Shown: positions 9,175 to 21,400 of the stretch, piece by piece
Numbering within the stretch: the stretch's first letter is position 1
Layout of the letters: each line of letters starts with the position of its first letter
NCBI GenBank assembly: GCA_965208125.1
Contig: OZ242320.1
Span: 3,264,001 to 3,328,000, forward strand
DNA from: Candidatus Latescibacterota bacterium
Lineage (GTDB): Bacteria > Latescibacterota > UBA2968
Direction of reading: 5' to 3'
Length of the DNA: 64,000 nt
Made by a program: the position numbers and the translations under genes
The notes under the pieces: generated by a model
Database searches by the model: none
Told to the model about the DNA's origin: nothing
The model's input: only the letters and a program-made list of their open reading frames with translations

Positions 9175-12100
9175 ATGTCATACCGTATTTCTCTCCTCGT
9201 GTTGCTGATGCTGTTTGCGTGTAGCAAAAAGTCGCCCGAAGACGCGCCACAATTCTATCCTTTGGAGACGGCGCGTATGGTGAGCCATGTGAGTGAGGGG
9301 GTGCTCGCATCGACTGATCCGATTCGCGTGCGCTTTGTGTCGCCTGTTGTTGGCAAAAGTCAGGTTGGACAGGTGTTGCGAACGCGCGTGTTTCGCTTTG
9401 TTCCTTCTATTGACGGTTTGGCGACATGGGAAGACGTGCGTACTCTTGTTTTCAAGCCAAATATACCGCTGACGTTGCGCACGGTCTATAGCGGTGAGCT
9501 CAGCATGGTCGATTTGTTTCCCCAGCACAAAGATCTGACGCCGCTCGTCATCCAGTTTGAGGTCGCGGGACGAGAACTCGTCGCACTCGAGGCAGATTTT
9601 GAGTTGCCCGATGCGAATGATCCTCAGCGTCTCGTTTTTAGTGGTCAGATTAGCTTTAACGAACGCGCGGATTCTTCGGCTGTGAGCGATGCGGTGGCGT
9701 TGCGTTTGGGAGATCAGCAGCTTGCACTCCATTGGCGCATCTTATCAGATGGCAAGACGCACGATTTTACAAGTTCCGAGATCACGCGCACAAAAGAGTC
9801 CCAAGAACTCGCGATGCATATTGACCGGGCTGATCTGGATCTCTCGCAAGACTACGACAATACATGGTCTCTGCCCCCTTTGTCAGCACTTTCCGTTGTT
9901 GAGATTGAAAAACACGCGGACCGGGATCGTCCGAGCATAAGCATCATTTTTTCAGATGATCTCGATTTTGGTCAGGATATCGCGGGGTTGATCACAGCCG
10001 ATCCACCGCAACAGCTTCAACTCAACGCGATTGGCAAAACAGTGAATGTTGTGGGCGATTTTCAGCACGGACAGCGTTATGTGTTGACTGTACATCCGGG
10101 GGTTCGCAGTCGCTGGGGCATTGCGCTGGCACAACCGCATACAGAGACGGTGGTTTTTGACGATATCAAGCCCCGCATGCGTTTTGCGCGTGACGGGGTA
10201 TTTTTGCCCACTTCTGGCAATCGGAGAATTCGGTTTCAAACGGTCAATGTGTCGCGCGTTCACCTCAAAATAGACAAGGTTTTTGAATCGAATCTGGGAC
10301 AGTTCTTGCAAGATCAAAAGGTGGATGGATCGCGCGGTCGCACGCGAGGTGGTTATATGCGCCGCGTGGGGGTAAATGTGGCGGATAAAAAACTGGATAT
10401 TGGCAGAAAAAAAAATATGTGGTTGCAGCACGAACTCGATCTGGATGATCTGATTTCCAAAGACGAGAAGGGGCTTTATCTGATCGGTCTCACTTTTGGG
10501 GCAGAGGATATGCTCTACGGAGATCCCGTAGAAGCGGCAGAGGCGCGTCAACAACGCAGGCGATACCGCGGAACTGATTATTTTAACAATCCTTATTCGC
10601 GCGGTTATGTCTATCAGCACGGGCGTATCTATAAACCTGTGGTTGTCAGCGATATCGGTCTTACGCATCAAAAGACGCATGATCGGCATCTCGTTTATGC
10701 CACCCATCTGGAAGACGCGCGCCCATTACCCGGAGTCACTATAACCCTGCGCACATACCAGAATCAGGTTGTGGAGCAGAAAGTTACAGATCGGAATGGT
10801 TTGGCGGATTTTAGTCCTGTGGAATCGGATGTTTTTTATATCGAGGCCGAGAAAGACGGGCAGCGCAGTTTTGTCAAATCGGGGGATATGGCGTGGAATC
10901 TATCGACTTTTGATACGGGAGGACGAGACCCCGCACCCGACGGTATTCGGGCGTTTTTTTACGCGGAGCGCGGGGTTTATCGACCTGGCGATGATATTCA
11001 TTTGTCGGCGATTGTGCGAAATCACAACCACACGTTTCCAGATGGGCATCCGATTTCGCTCGCGTTTTTCAATCCATTGGGACAGCGCGTGCTCACGCAG
11101 ACCAATCGCGAGGGGAAAGATGGATTTTACACTTTTGATTTATCGACTTCGGCCGACGCGCCAACGGGCAACTGGCGCGCTGAAATTGACGTGGGTAGCC
11201 GCAAGTTCAATCACAGAGTCAAGGTCGAAACCATTGTGCCTTTTCGTCTCAAGGTTTTTCTCGATCCGCAACTTGCAGAGCGGGACCGCGTGTTGAAAGC
11301 CGATCTGAGGAGTGTGTATTTATTTGGCAATCCAGCGGCGGGCTTAAAAGCCAGTGTCGATGTTACGTTGCGCAGTTCTTCGCTTGTATTTCCCAAGTAT
11401 GAGGGTTTTTCGTTGTCAATCAGGCAGTTCAATTCAAGCCGATTACAACCAATATTTTTTCGGGTGCTCTGGATGAGGAGGGCAAGGCCGCTATGTCGTG
11501 GGAGCTTCCTTCTTTGAGCGAAGCACCTTCGCGCCTGTCTGCGATATTGCGCGCCCGCGTGCTCGAAAAAGGCGGGCGACCCAATAGCACAGCGCGCATG
11601 GTACACATCGATCCGTTTGAGGTTTATGTGGGGTTGCGAAAGCCAGATATGGACTACGGTTTTATGCGCACCAATGCCTCTCTTGAAGTGCCCGTTGTTG
11701 CGGTGACGCCCGATGGGGAGACAGCGTCTGGACGCACGCTGATGTATCGCGTTTTTCACAATGAGAATTACTGGTGGTGGGAATACGATTCGAGGGATCA
11801 GTTTCGCCTGCGTTTTAAGCGGGATTTTAGTACGAAGAAGATTTTCGAAACATCGATTATTTCTCGTGATCGCCCGGTGCCGGTTGCGTTTACGCCCGAG
11901 GAAAAAGGAGAGTATTTGATTGAGGTGGCGGATGCGAATGGGCATAAGGCGTCGATTTTTATTCGCGCGTATCCCTGGGGCAGTTTGCCCGCAAGTGGGC
12001 GAGATGCCGGCGCACTGGTGCTCAAGACAGACCGCGAAAATTACGCGCCGGGTGAAACGGCTGTGGTGTCTTTTCCCGTGCCCGATATGTCGTCTGTGCT

Positions 12101-14651
12101 GGTGACTGTGTCACGGGGTGGAAGTGTGGTGCATTCGCAGTGGCATACGCCGAGCACGAGGAATACCGCGCAAATCGAGGTTCCCATTACAGCAGATATG
12201 GCACCGAACGCGTACGTGACGATATCTGTTATTCAGCCGCATAGACAGACGGCCAATGATCGCCCGTTGCGGATGTATGGGGTTGTGCCTTTGCGCGTGG
12301 TTGATTCAGATACACGACTCGATCTCACACTGACTGCGCCCGATGAACTCAAACCCGACGATTCTTTTGAGGTTGTCGTGCAAACGGATGATGAAAAACC
12401 CGCGCAGTTGACGCTGTCTGTTGTGGATGAGGGTTTGCTGGATATCACGCAGTTTTCCACGCCCGATCCATGGCGCGCGTTTTTTGGCAAGTTGCGTTTG
12501 GGGCTGCATATCTCCGATCTGTTTGGGCAGGTTATAGGTGTCAATATCGGCGATGTGTTTAAGACTTTTGCGATAGGCGGCGATGCTGCTCTGGCTGCTT
12601 ATCGGCGCGATAGGCTACCCGAGGAGCAGAAACAGCGTTTTAAGTCTGTATCGCTTTTCGAAGGTCCGATTGCAACCGACGATCAGGGGCGCGCTGTGGT
12701 TTCTTTTGTTATGCCCAATTACGTTGGTTCGGTGCGCATTATGGCTGTGGCTGCGCGGGGCAATGCTTATGGCAGTGTGGAAAAAACAGTGCCCGTGAAA
12801 ATGGATTTGATGGTTTTACCTACTTTGCCGCGCGTGTTGCGCCCCGGCGAGCGCATTGCTGTTCCCGCTACTGTATTTGCTATGGGAGATAGTTTGGGAT
12901 CTGTTGAGGTGGCGATCAGTACAGAGGGATTGCTTCGCGTTGATGGGCAGGCGCGAGATACTATTGCGTTTCGAGAAGCCGGTGAGGTAGATGTACTATT
13001 TATGTGTGTGGTGCCCAATGCTATTGGCGATGCGCGCGTTGCGATTACTGCGACTGCGGGCGATGTGATTGCCACGCATACGACGGATCTGGTCATTTCT
13101 CCTTCGTCGCCGCGCATCAGTTCCGATGAGACGCGGGAGATACGGCCGGGACAAGCGGTAGTACTTCCCGTTCCCGATCGGGGCATTCCCGGTTCCAATC
13201 GCGCACGTCTTACCCTGCATACGCGTCCAAATATGAAGCTCGGCAACCGTCTGCTGTGGCTGGTGCAATATCCCTACGGTTGTGTGGAGCAAGTGGTGTC
13301 GGCGGCATTTCCACAGTTGTATCTCAAGGATATTCTTCTCGTATCGGATAAGTCGAATGAGATTGCGCGGGAGATCGACGATCATATCAATGCTGCGATT
13401 CGACGGTTGCGCCGATTTCAACTGCCGTCGGGTGCGCTCAGTTATTGGCCGGGACGGTCTAAGCCCTCGATATGGGGTACGCTGTATGCCGGACATTTTT
13501 TGATTGAGGCCAATGCCCTCGGTTATTATGTGCCAGACGATCTGTTTGAAAGCTGGGTGCAATACGAGCAGTCTCGCGCTTTGACCACGCGCGATGATCT
13601 CATGATCCGAACCTATCGCGCCTACTTGCTCGCGCTGGCAAATCAACCCGCGCTGGGGGCGATGAATTTACTGAAGGAAAGCAGTTTGCGGGATATGACG
13701 GATGTGGAGAAATGGCTGTTGGCATCGGCGTATCACCGCGCGGGTGGTTCTGCGATAGCCAATGATATTCTCAAGGATGCAGGTACGCTTGCAAATGAGG
13801 GCAAGAGGTGGGAACATACCTTTGGGTCTGCGCTGAGAGATCGCGCGATGATTCTGGGGGCAATGATCGATTTTCAACGCTGGGGAGAAGCCGATCCTCT
13901 GGTTGATGAAATCGCGCTGGCTCTGGCATCGGACAGGTGGTATTCGACACAGGCGAGCAGTTTCGCACTGCTGGCACTGGGCAAGCATATCCGGGCGACT
14001 GAGGGGGATCAACCGTTGCGTTTGGCGGGTTCGGTGACATTGCCCGGTGGGGAGGTCGTGCCGTTTGATTCGGGTTCGCGGTTTTACAATGTCGATATCG
14101 AATCTGGATTTGGACAATCTGTTCGCGTCCAGCTCAATCCCGAGAGCACGGTGACGCGGGCGTTTGTGACACTCGAGTGGTCGGGTGTTCCGCTCAAGGA
14201 CGATGCAGTGGCCGAATCTCGCAGCTTGCAACTCGATGTGCGCTGGCGCGATGATGATGGCTTTTCCGTGTATCCCGATACGCTCAAACAGGGGACGACT
14301 TTCTGGGGACATTTCAGCGTGAAAAATACATCTGTCGCACATATCCGCGAGATTGCATTGACTCAGTTGTTGCCTTCGGGTTGGGAAATTGAAAATACGC
14401 GCTTGTCGGGCGCGCCAATGCCGAGGTGGACTGATAGTTTGGGTTTGGGCAGTGAGGCATATTTTGATATGCGCGACGATCGCGTAACATATTTTTTTGA
14501 CATCGCACCTGAGAGTAAGACGCAGAATTTTGTCGTGAAGCTCAATGCTGTTACCGCAGGCACATTTACCCAGCCACCCACACTTGTCGAGGCGATGTAC
14601 AATAATAAAGTTAAGGCGGTTGTGCCGGGTAAAACAGTGGTGGTGAGGTAG
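9175..14651 (+). pseudogene. yfhM: Bacterial alpha-2-macroglobulin lipoprotein split by a -1 frameshift near 11403-11414 (mutation, sequencing error or recoding)
   Basis: Lipobox LFAC, ERGVYRPGD (MG2), VDEGLL and thioester motif PYGCVEQ; ORFs 9175-11517 and 11493-14651 overlap in different frames; adjacent to pbpC. Confidence 0.85.
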
Positions 14652-16937
14652 ATGAGGCGCCGATACAAAATTTTAATCGGTATTTTTGCGGGAATAGTAT
14701 TTCTGTACTTTGCCGTTCCGGTGCCGCATTTTTTAGCGGATTATAGCGCGGTTGTGCTGGATAAAGATGGGCGCATTTTGCGCGCTTTTCTCAATAACCG
14801 CCAGCAGTGGCATTTCCCGCCTCGGAAGGATGCGCGCGTTTCGCAGAAGCTCAAAGCGAGTGTGCTCTATTTTGAAGATCGGTATTTTGATTATCACTTT
14901 GGCGTCAATCCCGTGTCCGTGGTGCGCGCGCTGTATCAGAATTTGAAACAGGGCAGAACTGTGAGTGGCGCAAGTACGTTGACTATGCAAGTGGCGCGGC
15001 TGATGCACCCCAAACCGCGCACTTATTTTAACAAGGCACTGGAGATGCTTCAGGCGCTGAAGATGGAGATGCGGTATTCAAAAGAAGAGATTTTGCAACT
15101 TTATCTCGATCACGCGCCTTATGGCGGAAATGTGGTGGGCTATCGGGCAGCGGCGTTGCGTTTTTTTCGTAAATCGCCGGATCAGCTTACCTGGGCAGAG
15201 GCGGCATTGCTCGCGGTGTTGCCCAATGCGCCGGGAAAAATTTCGCCTCAGACGCATCCCGATCTTTTAAAAAAGAAGCGGGATGCGTTGCTTAACGCAT
15301 TGCACGGTGGGGGATATTTTGATGCAGAGACGCTGTATTTGGCAAAAAAAGAGTCTGTGCCGAGCAAGTCCCATCCATTTCCCATGCTGGCTTCTCATCT
15401 GGCGCGGTACATTAAAGATCGCCAGACGCCATTTGTTCATCCGACTACGATCGATCGGGATATTCAGATTCGAGCAGAAGCGCTCGTTGCGCGTCACGTC
15501 AGCAGGTTGCGGCAGCGCGGGATTCACAATGGTTTTGCCCTGATTGCGGATACCAAAACGGGTGCTGTTCGCGGGTATGTTGGATCCGAAAATTTTACAG
15601 ATAGCTACGTCGATGGGATTCACGCGCCGCGGTCGTCGGGTTCGCTGCTCAAGCCATTTCTCTACGCGCTCAGTATGGATGCGGGGCTGATTCTGCCACA
15701 GAGCAAAATTCGGGATATTCCGACGTATTACGGTTCGTTTTCGCCACACAATGCCAGTCGCACATTTCAGGGGCTTGTCTCGGCGCATGATGCTTTGATT
15801 TTGTCGGCGAATGTGCCTGCGGTACGCTTGCTTTATGAGTATGGTCTGGTGGCGTTTTACGAACGGCTCCGCGCGGCTGGTTTGACGACGTTGTTCCGCA
15901 CGCCCAATGATTACGGCTTGCCCCTCGTTCTCGGTGGTGCTGAGGTGACGGGTTGGGATATGGCGGTGCTTTTTCGCGGTTTGGGCAATGGGGGCGTGTT
16001 TCAGCCTCTTCATATAAATCCGACAGATCGCCCGTCTGAACCCGCGCGTTTGCTCAGTCGCGGTGCGTGTTATCTGGTGCTGAATACGTTGCGCGATCTT
16101 TCGCGGCCCGGAATAGAATTTTACTGGCATCAGTTTCAAAACCAATGGCCCATTGCGTGGAAAACGGGTACGAGTTATGGGCACCGCGATGCGTGGGCTG
16201 TGGGAGTGTCGCCACAGTGGACGATTGCTGTGTGGGTGGGTAATTTCGCGGGTGAAGGGGTGCCCGAGCTCACGGGCGCGCGCTGTGCTGCGCCTTTGTT
16301 TTTTGATTTGTTTAATAGTTTGCCCCGCGACCCCGATCAACGGTGGTTCGCGGCACCACAGGCAGATTTGATCCGGCGCGATGTTTGTGCTAATACTGGG
16401 TATCGCGCTGCGTCGCATTGTCCAGAGCGGGTTTCTGTGGAAGCACCCCGCGTACTTTTGAAAATTTGCCCGTATCACCGGGTTATTACGGTGAATGCCG
16501 ACAGTACACAGCGGGTATGCTCTCTTTGCTGGCAGCCGGGTGAACACCGTCGCGTTGCGCGTCTGGTGTATCCGCCAGATGTTGTTCACCACTTGCGGCA
16601 ACGCGGTCAAAGTAGGGGGGATTTGCCACCGCATCGCGCGGATTGTGCGGCGCAAGCAGGTCACGCACCTGTACATATTGTGTATCCGACGCGGAATGCG
16701 CGTCTCTATTTGCCCCGTGATTTTGACGGGACCTTGCAGAATGTCGTGTTGCGGGTGACACATCGCGATCAAAATCGCACGCTATACTGGTATCTCAACC
16801 ATCGCTATTTGGGAGAGACGAATACGCGGCACGTCAAATCCGTTGCGCTGCCAGCGGGCCAACACACTCTCGAGGTGATCGATGAGATCGGCCACTGCGA
16901 TCAAACGCGCTTTTACGTCTCGTCCAGACAGGGGTAA
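14652..16937 (+). CDS. pbpC: Penicillin-binding protein 1C
   Basis: EDRYF and GASTLTMQVAR transglycosylase motifs; SLLK and KTGTS transpeptidase motifs; canonical position after A2M. Confidence 0.92.
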   Translation: MRRRYKILIGIFAGIVFLYFAVPVPHFLADYSAVVLDKDGRILRAFLNNRQQWHFPPRKDARVSQKLKASVLYFEDRYFDYHFGVNPVSVVRALYQNLKQGRTVSGASTLTMQVARLMHPKPRTYFNKALEMLQALKMEMRYSKEEILQLYLDHAPYGGNVVGYRAAALRFFRKSPDQLTWAEAALLAVLPNAPGKISPQTHPDLLKKKRDALLNALHGGGYFDAETLYLAKKESVPSKSHPFPMLASHLARYIKDRQTPFVHPTTIDRDIQIRAEALVARHVSRLRQRGIHNGFALIADTKTGAVRGYVGSENFTDSYVDGIHAPRSSGSLLKPFLYALSMDAGLILPQSKIRDIPTYYGSFSPHNASRTFQGLVSAHDALILSANVPAVRLLYEYGLVAFYERLRAAGLTTLFRTPNDYGLPLVLGGAEVTGWDMAVLFRGLGNGGVFQPLHINPTDRPSEPARLLSRGACYLVLNTLRDLSRPGIEFYWHQFQNQWPIAWKTGTSYGHRDAWAVGVSPQWTIAVWVGNFAGEGVPELTGARCAAPLFFDLFNSLPRDPDQRWFAAPQADLIRRDVCANTGYRAASHCPERVSVEAPRVLLKICPYHRVITVNADSTQRVCSLCWQPGEHRRVARLVYPPDVVHHLRQRGQSRGDLPPHRADCAAQAGHAPVHIVYPTRNARLYLPRDFDGTLQNVVLRVTHRDQNRTLYWYLNHRYLGETNTRHVKSVALPAGQHTLEVIDEIGHCDQTRFYVSSRQG

Positions 16938-16960
16938 TTTGGTAGGCAGGTGAAAAATCT

Positions 16961-17872
16961 ATGTACATTCCAGAAACTCTCTCGTCTAATCCAAAATGGG
17001 CTGAATGGATCGAACGGCTGCCAGATATCGTCGCTGCGTGTGCAAAGCGGTGGGATCTTCGCATTGAAGATCCCATGACAGAAGATTATGCCGAGATGTC
17101 CTATAGCTATATCGCACCGGCGACGGATGCGAGAGGCACAGAGGTTATTCTGAAAATCGGTTCGCCCGTGCAACTGGCGGAAAACTGGCAACAAGAGTGC
17201 CATGCGCTGCAACTTTGCAATAGTAATGGTACGGTCAAGTTGCTCGATTTTGACGAGGCGTTGGGCGTGCTGATGCTCGAGCGCATTCGTCCCGGTGTCC
17301 CTCTGGGTGTTTGCCCGGATGACGAGGAGAATACGCGCATTGCCGCTCGGCTGATGAAAAAGTTCTGGCAACCCGTTCCAAAAATTCACAGTTTTCGACC
17401 TACGGCGTATGAAATAGATGGCTTTGATAAGTTGCGCAAAAAATTCAATGGCGGCACCGGACCGCTGCCCGAAAAGTGGGTTGTGCGCGCCGAAACACTT
17501 TACGATGAGTTGATGAGTACGAGTACAGAAACGGTTGTTTTGCACGGCGATTTGCATCACTGGAATATTTTGAGTTCAGAGCGCGACCCCTATCTCGTCA
17601 TTGATCCCAAAGGTTATTTTGGCGATCCGGGTTACGAGGTCGGTGCTTTTTTGGCGAATTATCCCGATGCTTCCTGTGATGGATGCGACAGGGGTGAAAT
17701 CGATGTTCGCCGCGTGGAGATTATGGCCGAAGAGTTGGATATCCCGCGCGAGCGTATTATCAAATGGGGTCTGGTTTTGGCTTTAATCTGGGCGAGATGG
17801 AGCGCGGATACGCCCGAGGAGTTCTGGCGTACAGATATCAGTCGCGCCCAGGCGTTGGATCAGTTGCTTTAG
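16961..17872 (+). CDS. Aminoglycoside/hydroxyurea resistance kinase family (APH(6)-like) phosphotransferase
   Basis: LHGDLHHWNIL and IDPKG motifs. Confidence 0.8.
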   Translation: MYIPETLSSNPKWAEWIERLPDIVAACAKRWDLRIEDPMTEDYAEMSYSYIAPATDARGTEVILKIGSPVQLAENWQQECHALQLCNSNGTVKLLDFDEALGVLMLERIRPGVPLGVCPDDEENTRIAARLMKKFWQPVPKIHSFRPTAYEIDGFDKLRKKFNGGTGPLPEKWVVRAETLYDELMSTSTETVVLHGDLHHWNILSSERDPYLVIDPKGYFGDPGYEVGAFLANYPDASCDGCDRGEIDVRRVEIMAEELDIPRERIIKWGLVLALIWARWSADTPEEFWRTDISRAQALDQLL

Positions 17873-17909
17873 ATGATGTGTCATATCACACTAACCGTAA
17901 GGAGATTTT

Positions 17910-19298
17910 ATGTCTGACCGTCCCAATATTCTGATGATTATGTCCGATGAGCACGACCCGGCAGTGATGGGGTGTTATGGCGATTCTATTGTGCAAACGC
18001 CGCATATGGACCGACTGGCAGAAGAGGGTGTTGTGTTTGATGCGGCTTATACGACTTCGCCGCTTTGCGCGCCTGCGCGTGCGAGTTTTACGGCGGTGCA
18101 ATACGTGAGTCGCTGTGGGGTGTGGACCAATGATTGTCAGTTGCCCTCTGACGATTATCCTTCGCTGCCTCACGCGCTGAATGCGGTGGGCTATGAATGC
18201 TGGCTGGGTGGCAAGATGCATTTTTCGGGTACACATCGCTATGGTTTTCGCGATGTTTATCCCGGTGCGAATCAGGGGGACAGGAGTGGCAAGGGCGGGA
18301 GGCGCGCGTTCGATGATCTGAGTGAATCGAGTTTTGGTTGGGAAGGGCGGGTGGCGGCTTTTAAGACGAGTGATACATCGCCCGTTTTGGAGAGGGACCG
18401 CAAGGTGACAGCGGAGTGCAGTGCGTTTTTGCAGAATCGCTCGGCGGATGATAAGCCGTTCTTTTTGCTGGCAGGTTATGTGGCACCGCATTTTCCGCTG
18501 ACTATTCCAGAAGCGTATTACACGCCTTATAAAGATAAGGTGCCCATGCCCGAGATTCCCGAGGGTTTTTTGGAGACGTTGCCGACCAATTACAAGCATT
18601 TGCGAGCCGGGTTTGGCGTGACAAAGGCGACGCCCGAGCAGACGAAGTTGGGGCGCGAGCTTTACTGGGGTTTTGTGAATTGGCTGGACGACGAGATCGG
18701 CAAGTTGCTCGCCGCGCTCAATGATTCCGAAGTGGCGGATAATACGATTGTGATTTACTGCACGGATCACGGCGAGAACAAGGGCGATCACGGGTTGTGG
18801 TGGAAGAATAATATGTATGAGCACGCTTCGCGGACGCCGCTGATTGTGTCTTTTCCAAAACGCTGGGCAGGTGGGCAGCGGCGGACGGGTGTGTGTTCGC
18901 TGGTGGATCTGGCGCAGACCATAGCGGAGATCGGCGGGGCGGAACGGTCAGATGACTGGGATGGCGAGTCGTTGCTCAATTATCTGGACGATGGGAATAG
19001 CGAGTGGCGGGATATTGCGGTGAGCGAATACTACGCCCACAATATTGCGTCGGGCATGATGATGGTTCGGCAGGGTCCGTGGAAATACGTGTATCACGCG
19101 CGGTTTGATGAGGTGCATGGACCCGAACGCGAGTTGTACAATTTGGAAGATGATGCTGGAGAATTTAACAATCTGGCAGATGATCCCGCGCAGGCCGATC
19201 GCATCGCACAATTGCACGATTTGTTGACGAGGGAATTGAGACGCGATCCCGAAGAGGCTGAGGCGCAAAGCCGAGCGGATTTGGCGAAGGGGTATTGA
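17910..19298 (+). CDS. Sulfatase (choline-sulfatase-like, family S1)
   Basis: PNIL, CAPARAS, GKMH and DHGE motifs. Confidence 0.9.
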   Translation: MSDRPNILMIMSDEHDPAVMGCYGDSIVQTPHMDRLAEEGVVFDAAYTTSPLCAPARASFTAVQYVSRCGVWTNDCQLPSDDYPSLPHALNAVGYECWLGGKMHFSGTHRYGFRDVYPGANQGDRSGKGGRRAFDDLSESSFGWEGRVAAFKTSDTSPVLERDRKVTAECSAFLQNRSADDKPFFLLAGYVAPHFPLTIPEAYYTPYKDKVPMPEIPEGFLETLPTNYKHLRAGFGVTKATPEQTKLGRELYWGFVNWLDDEIGKLLAALNDSEVADNTIVIYCTDHGENKGDHGLWWKNNMYEHASRTPLIVSFPKRWAGGQRRTGVCSLVDLAQTIAEIGGAERSDDWDGESLLNYLDDGNSEWRDIAVSEYYAHNIASGMMMVRQGPWKYVYHARFDEVHGPERELYNLEDDAGEFNNLADDPAQADRIAQLHDLLTRELRRDPEEAEAQSRADLAKGY

Positions 19299-21400
19299 TG
19301 GACCTGTCGTTATACGAGACGATCTGGCTGGTCGGCGCGGCGATTGCCGCCGGGTTGCTCTGGGGCATTTTTGCCTCGGCGATAAAACGGAAAGGCACGC
19401 CGCTGCCGCTGTTGTTGTTGATTTCAGCGGGGGCGCTCTGGTACACTGGGGACGCGCTGCGCATTTTGATCGAGCAGGCTGCGCCGGATGCTGGTGCAGT
19501 GAATTATGCGGCGCATGTGGCGCGTTTTGGGCTGGATTTTTTGCCGTCTGCGCTGCTGGCAACGGTGCTGGCTTTTGCAGATGAACACAAGGTGGCGCGT
19601 GGGTTGCGGCGGTATCTTATTCCGATCACTTTTGTGCCGGGGGTGATCATTTTTTTGATTGGCATGTCTCAAGCGCCGATCAAGCGCGTGAGTTTTAGCC
19701 TGTATGCTATTGCTATGCTTCTGTTTTCGGCGTATCTCTGCCGGGGATTTGCGATGCGGTCGGAGACAGAGGTGCATAAGGTGTTTTACAGGTTGATGGC
19801 ATTCTCGCTGACGGGTATCGCGGTTTTGACGGTGTTTGCGTATCCGATTGGGTTGCTTCAAAGTGCTGTTGTGGGACCTGTGCTCGCGCTGGTGCTTTTT
19901 CTTTCGCCTATCGCTCCGGCGTATATTCTGGGGTATTTTATTTATCGGTATAGCTTTTTCCAGATTGTGGTGAATCCCGCGTTGTTTTATTCTGCGCTGA
20001 CGGGTATTGTGTTGACGGTTTATTTGCTGGTGATCCGGCGCGTTGCAGAGGCATTGGGCCGTCTGGATAGTGGGTTCAGGGTAGAGGTGGTTGAGGCTAT
20101 TTTGATTTCGTTGCTGATTTTTTTGTTTCAGCCGATTAAGAATCGGTTGCAGGGGATCATCAATCGCCTGTTTTTCAGAGCGCGATACGAGTATCAGCAT
20201 TTGCTGGGTACGCTGAGTCAAACGCTGAATGTACCACACGCGCTGGAGAGGCGGTTGAAGTCGGTGGTGGATGCGGTTGGAACTGTGTTGAAGGTACACG
20301 CTGTTTCGCTGGTGGTGTTTGAGTACGAGGAGGGGCAGGTGAGTCAGGTGGAGGTGATCGCAAGCAGTGGTTTGCCGGGGTTTGAGCCGCCTGTGACACC
20401 GTTTGGGGATGGGGACGGGGCGCAGATTGAAGCGGTGGTCGGCTGGTTGTTGACCCATCGCCGACCGCTGGATGTGGGCGATTTGCACCACCCGACACTT
20501 ACTGCAATACTCGCAAAGCAAGGGGTTGAACTGTGTATTCCGGTGTTGCAAGAGGAGAAGCCGGTTGGTTTGCTCTGTCTGGGGGAGAAGAAACGCGGGG
20601 GATCTTTTTCTTCTGAAGAATGGGACTTGCTGGGTACGCTTTGCAATCAGATTGCTCTGGCGGTTGAAAATACGCGCCTGGTGGAGCGGCGGTTGCAATT
20701 GGAGCGGCAGATGTACGAGGCGGAACGGCTTTCGGCGTTGGGGTTGCTTTCGGCGAGTATTGCGCACGAGGTGAAGAATCCCCTGAGTTCAATCAAGGCG
20801 ATTGCGACTGTGTTGCGGGAGGATTTGCAGGGTGATCAGACAAAGGCGGGCGATTTGTCTGTGGTGTTGCGCGAGATTGATCGGCTAAACCGCGTGGTGG
20901 ATCGTCTGCTCAGGTTTGCTCAGCCCAAGCAGGATGATGGGTTTCAGGTGCTGGACCTGAAGGCGGTGCTGGAAGATGTGGTGCTGATTTTGTTTCACGA
21001 GGCGGAGCGACAGAATGTGGCGGTCTGTTTCGAAGTGGCGGATGGTCTCGTGGTGACGGGCGATCCAGAGGATTTGAAGGAAGTGTTTTTCAATTTGATT
21101 TTGAACGGTATTCAGGCTATGGAAGGCGATTGCACAGAGCGGCGATTGACGGTGCAGGCGCGGCGGTTGCAAGGCGGTGTGGAGGTGCGGGTGTCGGATA
21201 CGGGTCCGGGGATTTCAGAGGAGAATCAGGCTCGCATTTTTGAGCCGTTTTTTACGACAAAGGCTTCGGGTACGGGGTTGGGGCTTGCGATTGTGAAGCG
21301 CGATGTGGAGCGCATGGGGGGTGCGATTGAGGTGGCAAATCCAGATGGGGCGGGCGCGGTGTTTGCGGTTCAACTTCCCGGGGGGGATGATGCAGTATAA
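19298..21400 (+). CDS. Multi-TM + GAF sensor histidine kinase (PrsK-like architecture)
   Basis: About 9 TM segments, GAF ending IALAVEN, AHEVKNPL H-box, FEPFFTTK..GTGLGL; TGATG coupling to the sulfatase. Confidence 0.88.
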   Translation: MDLSLYETIWLVGAAIAAGLLWGIFASAIKRKGTPLPLLLLISAGALWYTGDALRILIEQAAPDAGAVNYAAHVARFGLDFLPSALLATVLAFADEHKVARGLRRYLIPITFVPGVIIFLIGMSQAPIKRVSFSLYAIAMLLFSAYLCRGFAMRSETEVHKVFYRLMAFSLTGIAVLTVFAYPIGLLQSAVVGPVLALVLFLSPIAPAYILGYFIYRYSFFQIVVNPALFYSALTGIVLTVYLLVIRRVAEALGRLDSGFRVEVVEAILISLLIFLFQPIKNRLQGIINRLFFRARYEYQHLLGTLSQTLNVPHALERRLKSVVDAVGTVLKVHAVSLVVFEYEEGQVSQVEVIASSGLPGFEPPVTPFGDGDGAQIEAVVGWLLTHRRPLDVGDLHHPTLTAILAKQGVELCIPVLQEEKPVGLLCLGEKKRGGSFSSEEWDLLGTLCNQIALAVENTRLVERRLQLERQMYEAERLSALGLLSASIAHEVKNPLSSIKAIATVLREDLQGDQTKAGDLSVVLREIDRLNRVVDRLLRFAQPKQDDGFQVLDLKAVLEDVVLILFHEAERQNVAVCFEVADGLVVTGDPEDLKEVFFNLILNGIQAMEGDCTERRLTVQARRLQGGVEVRVSDTGPGISEENQARIFEPFFTTKASGTGLGLAIVKRDVERMGGAIEVANPDGAGAVFAVQLPGGDDAV

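Noticed and set aside
6602-17872. Antibiotic-resistance genes (beta-lactamase-like hydrolase, APH(6)-like kinase)
   Set aside because: Only family-level motifs are seen; both families are mostly non-resistance enzymes and there is no mobile context.
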